From an uncultured Granulosicoccaceae bacterium (GTDB taxonomy: Bacteria; Pseudomonadota; Gammaproteobacteria; Granulosicoccales; Granulosicoccaceae): DNA of 55,006 bases. Position numbers and translations under genes: made by a program. Below the pieces are notes generated by a model that saw nothing but the letters and a program-made list of their open reading frames with translations, was not told the DNA's origin and ran no database searches. Below, piece after piece: positions 29,775 to 38,083 of this stretch (positions within the stretch are counted from its first letter, which is position 1; the number at the start of each line of letters is the position of its first letter). Location: assembly GCA_964445655.1 (NCBI GenBank), contig CAYULV010000003.1, forward strand, positions 1-55,006. The letters are read 5' to 3'.

Positions 29775-31975
29775 TGAGCAATTCGTCCGTCCAAGCTGTG
29801 CAGATGTTATCACCTGGTGCGATGCGTGAGCGCCCGGTTGTTCTGCATGTGGACGATGATGCTGCTGCGTTGATGATGGCTGAAGGTGCGCTCGAAGACG
29901 CAGGCTTTGACATAGTGCACGCAGAAGACGGACGACAGGCTATCGAACAATTTCATGCAGTGGCACCTGATCTGATCATCATGGATGCAGTCATGCCTGT
30001 GATGGATGGGTTCTCAGCGATTCGTGAGATCAGAAAATTGCCGGCGGGTGAACATATTCCTATTCTTATGATCACCGGGCTCGATGATTTCGATTCCATT
30101 ACCCGAGCATATGACGAGGGTGCAACTGATTTTCTCGCAAAGCCTGTCAACTTCATTGTGTTGCCACATCGTGTGCAATACATGTTGCGTTCGACGAAAA
30201 CTGCAAACGAACTACGAGTAAGCCAGACGAAGCTCGATTACGCACAAAGACTGGCGCGCATCGGCAATTGGGAGCTTGATCTGCAGACGAAGGAGTTGAA
30301 TTGGTCGCAGGAGTTCGGACGGATGTTCAATTTGAATAACAGCCATTCGAAGCAATACTGGAGCGCCTTGCTTGAACGTATCCACGAAGATGATCGGCAG
30401 TCGGTACAGATCCTTACAGAGCAATCAATTGACAAAGGCGAATCGTTCAATATCGAGTTTTCTGTCAAGTTGGAAGATGCGGCTGAGATGCGCCGGATGC
30501 GCCTCGAGGCAGAGCCGTTTACGATCGATAGAAGCAAGGCCTGCACGCATATGCTTGGCACAGTGCAGGACATTACAGATCGAGTCCTGGCACAGGAGCA
30601 GATGCATAACCTTGCATACTATGATGTTGTAACTGGGCTTCCTAACCGTGCTCAACTGAATGAGCGTTTATCCAGAATGTTGCGAAATGCAGAACGTAAC
30701 GAGTCAAAATTTGCAGTATTGTTTTTGGATCTTGATCATTTCAAACAAGTTAATGATACCTATGGTCATGATATTGGCGATGAGCTTTTGCAGGAAGTAT
30801 CCGAGCGATTGACTACTGTGGTACGTGACTCTGACTCCATCGCTCGGCCTCACCAGAGAGGTTACGATGAGAATCGTTTTACCGTTGCTCGACTCGGTGG
30901 TGATGAATTTGTTGTGCTGCTTGGTGATATCAATCGTGCAGAAGATGCCGCACGTGTTGCTGATCGCATCGCTGAATCTGTCGGTAAGCCCTATCATCTT
31001 GCCAACAGTAAAATGAACGTTACGACGACAATTGGTATCAGTGTATTCCCAGCTGATGGGGGCGATTGTGAGACTTTGCTGAAGAACGCTGATATCGCCA
31101 TGTATCACGCTAAACAATCTGGTCGTGATGGGTATCAATTCTATTCAAGCGGAATACACGAACGTGCCATGGAGCGCTTCTCGCTTGAGAGGGATCTTCG
31201 TCTCGCTATAGAAAATGAAGCATTGACGCTGGTGTACCAACCGAAGATCAGTGTCAGCACGGGCGAACTTGATGGCATTGAAGCGCTGGTTCGTTGGAAT
31301 CATTCAAGCCGTGGTTCGATCAGTCCGGTTGAATTCATACCACTGGCTGAGGAGACGGGTCTCATCCTGCCGCTTGGGCGCTGGGTTTTACGCGAAGCTT
31401 GCCAGCAATTGCAAAGCTGGGTGAGTGCAGGCATGAAACCAACCATCATGTCGGTCAACTGCTCCCCCATACAATTCAGTCGCGGTGACGTTGAAGCGGA
31501 TATAACCGATGCGCTCGAAGCCAGTGGTTTGGATCCCCACTATCTGGAAATAGAAATAACCGAGAGTCTGCTGATCGATGATCTTGACGGCGGCATCGAT
31601 CGCTTGAATCAATTAAAGGCAATTGGAATTCAGGTGTCTGTTGATGACTTCGGAACTGGATTTACATCCTTGAGCTATCTGGCGAAATTGCCAGCGGATA
31701 GATTGAAGATTGATCCGTCGTTTGTTGCAGAACTTGATAGCAATAGTAGCAGCAAGGCAATCGTGTCATCTATCGTTACGCTTGGGCATAATCTGGATAT
31801 GCGGGTGGTTGCTGAAGGGGTTGAGTCCGACAGTCAGTTCAACATTCTGAGTGAAATCGGTTGTGATGAAGTGCAGGGGTATTTCATCAGCTATCCCTTG
31901 AGCTCAGAGGAGTTTGAAGCTTGGGCCAACGACAAGAAAAATCAACTACGCTTGCCAAAAGCAGTTGGTATGTAG
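29774..31975 (+). CDS. Response regulator REC-PAS-GGDEF-EAL
   Basis: VDDD, IMDAVMP and DFLAKP receiver motifs, PAS_3-like region, RLGGDEF, EALVR, EITE, DDFGTG, EGVE, QGY. Confidence 0.93.
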   Translation: MSNSSVQAVQMLSPGAMRERPVVLHVDDDAAALMMAEGALEDAGFDIVHAEDGRQAIEQFHAVAPDLIIMDAVMPVMDGFSAIREIRKLPAGEHIPILMITGLDDFDSITRAYDEGATDFLAKPVNFIVLPHRVQYMLRSTKTANELRVSQTKLDYAQRLARIGNWELDLQTKELNWSQEFGRMFNLNNSHSKQYWSALLERIHEDDRQSVQILTEQSIDKGESFNIEFSVKLEDAAEMRRMRLEAEPFTIDRSKACTHMLGTVQDITDRVLAQEQMHNLAYYDVVTGLPNRAQLNERLSRMLRNAERNESKFAVLFLDLDHFKQVNDTYGHDIGDELLQEVSERLTTVVRDSDSIARPHQRGYDENRFTVARLGGDEFVVLLGDINRAEDAARVADRIAESVGKPYHLANSKMNVTTTIGISVFPADGGDCETLLKNADIAMYHAKQSGRDGYQFYSSGIHERAMERFSLERDLRLAIENEALTLVYQPKISVSTGELDGIEALVRWNHSSRGSISPVEFIPLAEETGLILPLGRWVLREACQQLQSWVSAGMKPTIMSVNCSPIQFSRGDVEADITDALEASGLDPHYLEIEITESLLIDDLDGGIDRLNQLKAIGIQVSVDDFGTGFTSLSYLAKLPADRLKIDPSFVAELDSNSSSKAIVSSIVTLGHNLDMRVVAEGVESDSQFNILSEIGCDEVQGYFISYPLSSEEFEAWANDKKNQLRLPKAVGM

Positions 31976-32020
31976 GGTCTGTTGATCGCTAGAGCTCAGT
32001 ACCCTGCTGGTCAAGCCAGG

Positions 32021-32830
32021 TCAGCGATGTTTCCACAAAGGCTCGCGTTTTTCCTTGAACGCATCAATGCCGATTGATACATCCTCTGCCATCATGTTGC
32101 AGGCCATGGACTCCGCTGCAATTTCGTAGGCCTCTTCAATAGGTAGTTCAAGCTGCTTGTAAAAAAGAGCCTTGCCGGTAGTCACGGCAACCTTTGACTT
32201 CGCTTTGATTTTATCGCACCAGATTGAAATTTCCTTATCCAGATCTTTGTCGTCAACCGCCTTGTTGATAAGACCCCATTCTGTTGCAGTATTTGCATCG
32301 ATAAAGTCTCCAGTCATCAACATTTCGAAAGCACGCTTGCGGTGGATGTTTCTTGATAGTGGGACCGATGGCGTGCTACAGAACAAGCCGATGTTGATTC
32401 CTGATACCGCGAATCGCGCACTTTTTGCAGCTATGGCAAGATCGCAATTGGCGACCAGCTGGCAACCCGCCGCAGTTGCAATACCTTGAACCTTGGCGAT
32501 AACCGGTTGTGGAATGTTGAGCAAGGTGTTCATGAAGTGACTGCACTTGGCAAAGAGCTCTGCCTGCCACGCCTGGTCGATGTTTGCCCGCATTTCCTTG
32601 AGATCATGTCCGGCGCAGAATGCCTTGCCATTTGCGGCAATGACTACCAGCCGGCACTCATCATTCAGTGAGTCGAGTGCAGTTTGTAGTGAATCGAGCA
32701 TCTCATGTGACAATGCGTTGTATTGGGCCGGGCGATTAAGTGTTAGCGTCGCGATGCCATCTTCATGCGTGAGCAGACACACTGAGTTCTTTGCGCCGTG
32801 TTCTGTGCTCTGGTGTGATTCCGCTGTCAT
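32021..32830 (-). CDS. Enoyl-CoA hydratase/isomerase family protein
   Basis: TLNRPAQYNAL, FCAGHDLKE, IATAAGCQLVANCD, GLFCSTP. Confidence 0.93.
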   Translation of the reverse strand: MTAESHQSTEHGAKNSVCLLTHEDGIATLTLNRPAQYNALSHEMLDSLQTALDSLNDECRLVVIAANGKAFCAGHDLKEMRANIDQAWQAELFAKCSHFMNTLLNIPQPVIAKVQGIATAAGCQLVANCDLAIAAKSARFAVSGINIGLFCSTPSVPLSRNIHRKRAFEMLMTGDFIDANTATEWGLINKAVDDKDLDKEISIWCDKIKAKSKVAVTTGKALFYKQLELPIEEAYEIAAESMACNMMAEDVSIGIDAFKEKREPLWKHR

Positions 32831-32968
32831 GAAAACTCCTGCTTGTCTCTACCGCCTCCGAGCGAGTGCTTACGCTGGGAGCTGAGTGTTCGTGTAATGC
32901 GAGTACTTCGCGTACTTTCAAAAGCAATATAAGGAGTTTAGCGCGGCTTTGAAACTCAAACTTGCCGA

Positions 32969-33499
32969 ATGCCTGTTATTCTGCGAGGTATGACTCGCTC
33001 CATACAGACTTCGGAGCTTCAGCTCACTGAAGCGGACTTTGCTCACTTGATGGCCGAACGCCTGCCTTTCGCGGCGATGATGGGGCTTGAGATTGAGCAA
33101 TTCACAGCCAGTGGTGTCTGGATGCGATCGGTATACCGGGATGAGTTTCTACGCCCTGGCGGCACCGTCGCTGGTCCCTTGATGATGGGCCTTGCCGATG
33201 CTGCCATGTATGCAGCTGTGCTGGCACGAATCGGCCCCGTTGAATTGGCCGTCACCACGAATCTGTCAATTAATTTTTTACGACGCCCTTTGCCAGGCGA
33301 TGTACTCGGGCATGCGCGATTACTGAAACTGGGTAAACGCCTCGCCGTGGGCGAAGTATCGCTTTATAGTGACTTGCCTTTGCATGAACGGGATGCGGTA
33401 GGCAAGGGCGACGGATATTTCCTTGCGCTCGAAGCCACGGAGCCGGTCGCGCATGTAACATCTACTTATTCGATTCCACCGCCAGAACAGCGGTCATAG
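32969..33499 (+). CDS. PaaI family hotdog-fold thioesterase
   Basis: LRPGGTVAGPLMMGLADAAMY, AVTTNLSINFLR, LKLGKRLAVGEV, PVAHVTSTYSIP. Confidence 0.88.
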   Translation: MPVILRGMTRSIQTSELQLTEADFAHLMAERLPFAAMMGLEIEQFTASGVWMRSVYRDEFLRPGGTVAGPLMMGLADAAMYAAVLARIGPVELAVTTNLSINFLRRPLPGDVLGHARLLKLGKRLAVGEVSLYSDLPLHERDAVGKGDGYFLALEATEPVAHVTSTYSIPPPEQRS

Positions 33500-33588
33500 C
33501 AGCGGTCAGAACAACGGCCATGGTTGCAACCAAACTAGCAGCCATAACAACGGCCAGAACATTGGCCAGAACAACAGTTATCAGAGCA
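33481..33588 (+). repeat. Degenerate 12-bp tandem repeat (about 9 units, consensus GCCAGAACAACG)
   Basis: Units gccagaacagcg, gtcatagcagcg, gtcagaacaacg, gccatggttgca, accaaactagca, gccataacaacg, gccagaacattg, gccagaacaaca, gttatcagagca. Confidence 0.8.
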
Positions 33589-33605
33589 GGGGAGCTGATA
33601 CACAC

Positions 33606-34295
33606 ATGAGCGAGCAACACTTTACTGATATCAAGGCCTGCGTGTTTGATGCTTATGGCACCTTGTTCGACGTGCATTCTGCGGTCGGTAAATTTCGTGA
33701 TGAAATCGGCCCTCGTTACGCTGAACTATCCATGGCCTGGCGAACCCGTCAACTCGAGTACACCTGGTTACGCAGTTTGATGGGAGAGCACTGTGACTTT
33801 TGGCAAATTACCTCCGATGCTTTGACGGTTAGCCTGGCTGCCAATAATCTGGACAAAAGCCAACTGCATGATCGCCTGATGCAGGCCTATTTGTCGCTTG
33901 ATACGTTTGCTGAAGTCAAACAAGTGTTGACCTTGCTCAAGCGTTCGGGAATGCAGACGGCCATTCTGACCAATGGCAGCCCGTCGATGATCAAAGCGGC
34001 CGTAGTCAGTGCTGGACTGGATGCTTTGATTGATCATCAACTGTCGGTCGAATCAGTTGGCGTGTTCAAGCCCGATGCCCGTGTCTATCAATTGGCGGTT
34101 GACACGCTAGGTGTCGACAAAGAACAGATCAGCTTCCAGTCATCAAACGCCTGGGATGCGGCGGGTGCTGCGCATTTTGGTTTTCGGGTCGCCTGGATCA
34201 ATCGCTATGCACAGCCGCAGGAAGCGTTACCGGGCAATCCTCAGGCAGAGCTTAAGGATCTGTCGAATTTTCCGGCGCTGTTGGGAATTTGCTAG
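33606..34295 (+). CDS. Haloacid dehalogenase type II (L-2-haloacid dehalogenase-like)
   Basis: FDAYGTLFD, WRTRQLEYTW, ILTNG, FKPD, SSNAWD. Confidence 0.92.
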   Translation: MSEQHFTDIKACVFDAYGTLFDVHSAVGKFRDEIGPRYAELSMAWRTRQLEYTWLRSLMGEHCDFWQITSDALTVSLAANNLDKSQLHDRLMQAYLSLDTFAEVKQVLTLLKRSGMQTAILTNGSPSMIKAAVVSAGLDALIDHQLSVESVGVFKPDARVYQLAVDTLGVDKEQISFQSSNAWDAAGAAHFGFRVAWINRYAQPQEALPGNPQAELKDLSNFPALLGIC

Positions 34296-34488
34296 GCGCA
34301 TCTTCGGCGGGTTCAACCTTGCCACGACGCCTGTTGATCAGCGCCGACAATATGCTCAGCCTTTCATCATCATCCATTCTGGACCAACGTGTGATTTCGT
34401 CAATGTTTCGGTAGCAACCGCTGCAGGTTTGCGTTTGTTCATCGATGGTACATACACCGGTACAAGGCGACGGGATCTGAAGGTTCAT
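34252..34488 (-). CDS. DUF1289 small Cys-rich protein
   Basis: SPCTGVCTID...CSGCYRNIDEITRW...ER signature. Overlaps the 3' end of the convergent HAD gene. Confidence 0.85.
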   Translation of the reverse strand: MNLQIPSPCTGVCTIDEQTQTCSGCYRNIDEITRWSRMDDDERLSILSALINRRRGKVEPAEDAPSKFPTAPENSTDP

Positions 34489-34586
34489 CTTTTAAGGATA
34501 TCAGTAGATTGTATTTCGAGTCGGTAGTGACCCGTACGTACTCGGTTGGCTGATAGACTCATCGGTTGAGCCCGGAACTGAATTCT

Positions 34587-35618
34587 ATGCATAAAATCAT
34601 CCTGGATACAGACCCTGGTGTCGATGATGCGATGGCGATCGCATATGCCTTCTGCCACCCGGAAATTCAGCTTCTCGGTCTGACCACCGTCTTTGGCAAT
34701 ACCAACATTGATTTTGCGACGCGCAATGCCATGTTCATTCTCGATCAACTGGGCGCGCTCGATGTTGCGGTGGCCAAAGGCGCGGCGGTGCCGAGTAATC
34801 GTCCTCCGCAGCCCCCCGCTGACTTTGTGCACGGCGCTGATGGTTTTGGTAACCAGTACCCGGGTAGTACGGTTGAGGTGCCTGCAGCTCAGGCCGCGGC
34901 GCTGAAACCGGACGCAAGGCACGCAAATATCGAAACGCTGGATGCGGCGGATTTCATTATCGAGTCAGCCCGTGAGGCCCCTGGGGAAATTACCTTGGTC
35001 GCGGTGGGGCCTCTGACCAATATTGCAGAGGCCCTGCGTCGCGAACCGCTACTGCCGAGCATGGTTCTACAACTCGTTGTCATGGGGGGGACTGTCGACG
35101 AGCCAGGTAATGTGTCGCCGGTTGCCGAAGCCAATTTTCTCAATGACCCACATGCAGCAGATCAGGTATTTGCAGCTGACTGGCCGGCGACCATTGTCGG
35201 TCTGGATGTCACTCATCGCATCATGATAGGCGATAGTCACCTCGACCGACTTGGCTCGGATGCCGGCCAGACTGGGCAGTTGATTCGACTGAGCAGTCGC
35301 TTCTATGTCGATTTCTACACAGAGGCGGGAGCCGCGGCGGACGCCCACGATGCGGGTGAAGAACCACAATGCGCAATGCATGATGCTGCAGCCATCGCCT
35401 GTGTACTTTTGCCGGATGCATTCACGACGGTTGCGGGGCCGGCGCGGGTTATCAGCGACGGTGTGGCCATGGGGCAACTGGCGATTGATCGAAAAGGCTA
35501 TCGTTATGCGCTGCCACACTGGCTGGACTTGCCGCCAACCAAAGTCTGTATGGCCGTCGATGCTCCACGAGTGCTCAATCATTTTCTTGACACCCTGATC
35601 GAGCATCATCGGACCTGA
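34587..35618 (+). CDS. Inosine/uridine-preferring nucleoside hydrolase
   Basis: DTDPGVDDA, TVFGN, VHGADG, GPLTN, AEAN, GLDVT, HDA. ATG at 34587 preferred. Confidence 0.92.
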   Translation: MHKIILDTDPGVDDAMAIAYAFCHPEIQLLGLTTVFGNTNIDFATRNAMFILDQLGALDVAVAKGAAVPSNRPPQPPADFVHGADGFGNQYPGSTVEVPAAQAAALKPDARHANIETLDAADFIIESAREAPGEITLVAVGPLTNIAEALRREPLLPSMVLQLVVMGGTVDEPGNVSPVAEANFLNDPHAADQVFAADWPATIVGLDVTHRIMIGDSHLDRLGSDAGQTGQLIRLSSRFYVDFYTEAGAAADAHDAGEEPQCAMHDAAAIACVLLPDAFTTVAGPARVISDGVAMGQLAIDRKGYRYALPHWLDLPPTKVCMAVDAPRVLNHFLDTLIEHHRT

Positions 35619-35789
35619 AGGCCTCGTACAGCGTGTTCAACGACCTGCGATCACTGTATCTCGCGTAAATTCTGGCATGCAGGGGCCACCTGATGCGGAA
35701 CCCTTCGTTTGCCCAGAGAAGGGAAGTCTGTCCTCGCCGTCACGGTGCCATGGCGGTCAATTGCTCGTCACTGTTCTACACTTGTGTGT

Positions 35790-37217
35790 ATGCGCGACAG
35801 AAAATTTACAGGTCTTGCGTCATCCTTGGCGTTGCTTCTTTTCGTTTCCGCCTGTGACTGGGTAGATTCGACGGGAACTCAGCTCGGGTCAGCTCCGCAA
35901 ACCACTGTGTTCCTTGAAGACGTAGCTGTAGGTAGCGTGCTTGCTATCGATGAGAACACGTCGGCGCGAGTGCTGACCAGTCGCGATGTCGTAGCAGATG
36001 GTGAGTCTTTGCAATTCTCCTGGTCTGATTCCCCGTTGGTTGAGGGTGCATTGGATGTCTGCGCAAGTGTGGAGGGCTTTCAGCAGTCCTTTGCCGCAAG
36101 TGATTTTAGTAGCGCCTGCGCTGAAACCGGTCAATGTTCGTTGTCCTTTGTCCCGCAAGTGATGAGCGATCCCAATGTGGTCGAGTTTTTGGTCAGCGTG
36201 CCGACTTTGAAAGCGTCGGTCGGTGTGCGGCATGAGTTGACCGTGACAGATACGAGCGGCGGGATTGTTAGCCAGAATGAATTTGATTTTTGCCTGATCG
36301 CAAGGAACGATCCGCCCCTGGCGGTCGCTGATACCTTTGTTGTTGTCGAAGGCACACGTCTGACGGTCAACCCTCTGAACCCGCCGCATCTTCTGAGTAA
36401 CGACATCGATGATGTGGATGTGACAAACAACCCTGAGCTTACGGTTCTGTCAACAACTGTACGAGAACCTCAATTTGCTGCCTTTTTCCAGCTCCAGAAT
36501 GATGGTGGTTTCTCCTACGAATACGGTGGTGATCCGATATCGGCAGACATCATCGACAGCTTCGATTATGAAATAACAGATGGACTATCGACGTCAACTG
36601 CGACAGTGACTCTACGTGTTGTTGCCAGCAATCAGGCACCACAGTTGATCGAAGAATTGCCCTTGTTCAGTGCAACGGTTGGGGATGATGTCGAGATAGA
36701 TTTAACGCAGTTCTTCATTGATCCTGAAGGGGTTGATCTTTCTTTCAATGCTGATGAAACAACGTTACCGCCATCCGGCAATCTTGAACTCGATGATGAT
36801 GGTTTTCTTGAAGGCGAAGTGGATGCATCGGACGTTGGAAGTTACGTAGTTGTTGTTACCGCAAGTGATGGTGGTCGGACAGTGTCGGCGAATGTGTCTC
36901 TGGAGATTTTTCCAGCGTCTCTTGTATCCGACAATTCGCCTCCAGTGTTTGTCAGTGGTAGCGTATTCGACCAGAGCATTACGCTGGGTCAGCAAATCGC
37001 GGTTATTCGTCCGCTTTTCAGTGATCCTGACGGCGACACTCTGAGCTATCAGGTGATTGGCGGCGACTTGCCTGCGGGCGTCGCTATCAATAGCCTTACC
37101 GGAGTGATATCCGGGCGTCCTTTGGGCCGGCTCTGGGTCCGAAATCTACAGGTCGAGGCGGAGGACGAAGCTGGCAACACGGCGGTGTCGAGTCTGTTCG
37201 ATATTCGCGTCCGCTGA
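35790..37217 (+). CDS. Lipoprotein with cadherin/Ig-like repeats (putative adhesin)
   Basis: From ATG 35790: MRDRKFTGLASSLALLLFVSAC (lipobox VSAC). Ig/cadherin-like units NDPPLAVAD...LLSNDID, NQAP...FIDPEG, NSPP...FSDPDGDTLSY...LPAGVAINSLTGVISG. Confidence 0.8.
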   Translation: MRDRKFTGLASSLALLLFVSACDWVDSTGTQLGSAPQTTVFLEDVAVGSVLAIDENTSARVLTSRDVVADGESLQFSWSDSPLVEGALDVCASVEGFQQSFAASDFSSACAETGQCSLSFVPQVMSDPNVVEFLVSVPTLKASVGVRHELTVTDTSGGIVSQNEFDFCLIARNDPPLAVADTFVVVEGTRLTVNPLNPPHLLSNDIDDVDVTNNPELTVLSTTVREPQFAAFFQLQNDGGFSYEYGGDPISADIIDSFDYEITDGLSTSTATVTLRVVASNQAPQLIEELPLFSATVGDDVEIDLTQFFIDPEGVDLSFNADETTLPPSGNLELDDDGFLEGEVDASDVGSYVVVVTASDGGRTVSANVSLEIFPASLVSDNSPPVFVSGSVFDQSITLGQQIAVIRPLFSDPDGDTLSYQVIGGDLPAGVAINSLTGVISGRPLGRLWVRNLQVEAEDEAGNTAVSSLFDIRVR

Positions 37218-37316
37218 TAGTCATTTCACGATCCCGGCCCGGGATTTGCCTCCTGTGCTCATAATCAGAGAAAATTTGTCGGTTACTATAACGGCAAGGT
37301 AAACGGTTAACTCATC

Positions 37317-38027
37317 ATGGCGTCGAACGGGCCATATCTTTTTGTAAAGCACTCGGAGCACTGGAACGTCGATCGCTGCACCCTTTGGATGGGTAGCCAC
37401 GATTTCGATCTGGACTGGTGCTATCCGGTTAATGGCGATGTTTTTCCTGACCCTTCACGTTACGCCGGAATCATCGTCTTTGGCGGTGCCAACAGCGCCA
37501 ATGATTGTGGCGAGCACGATTGGGTCAAGCAAGAGTTGTCCTTCGTCGAGCAATGCCTGAAACATGATGTGCCGTTCTTTGGAATATGCCTCGGTGCACA
37601 GATGCTGGCTCGCGTGTTGGGTGCCACGGTTCGCCCCCACGAAAAAGACTGCAAGGAGATTGGCTTTTACGAAGTGCTGCCTACCGAGGATGGACGCGAC
37701 TTTCTGCAGGCGCCCTTGAAAGTCATGCAATGGCACTCGGAGGGTTTTGATTTGCCAGCAGGATCCAGGCGCATCGCTACTGGTCATGATTTTCCCAATC
37801 AGGGGTTTGCCCTGAGTGATACGACACTGGGCGTGCAGTTTCATCCGGAAGTCAATCCTGATGTGCTGGCTATCTGGCATGAACGCAACAAAAAACGTAA
37901 ACCTGGGCAGCTGAGCGATGAGGATCGTCGCCTGATGATGCGGGACGCTCATGCTCATGATGCGGCGATTACAGCCTGGCTTGACGGATTCCTGACTCAG
38001 TGGACATCAATCGCGGCAGGCAAGTAA
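37317..38027 (+). CDS. Class I glutamine amidotransferase-like protein
   Basis: GICLGAQ nucleophile elbow, QWHSEGF, QFHPE triad. Confidence 0.9.
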   Translation: MASNGPYLFVKHSEHWNVDRCTLWMGSHDFDLDWCYPVNGDVFPDPSRYAGIIVFGGANSANDCGEHDWVKQELSFVEQCLKHDVPFFGICLGAQMLARVLGATVRPHEKDCKEIGFYEVLPTEDGRDFLQAPLKVMQWHSEGFDLPAGSRRIATGHDFPNQGFALSDTTLGVQFHPEVNPDVLAIWHERNKKRKPGQLSDEDRRLMMRDAHAHDAAITAWLDGFLTQWTSIAAGK

Positions 38028-38083
38028 GTTAGCTGAATCGAATCTCCCGCATGCATGCCGCGTAGATCGCTTACTATTCGCCC

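Noticed and set aside
33481-33588. CRISPR array
   Set aside because: Contiguous degenerate 12-bp units with no spacers and no cas genes.
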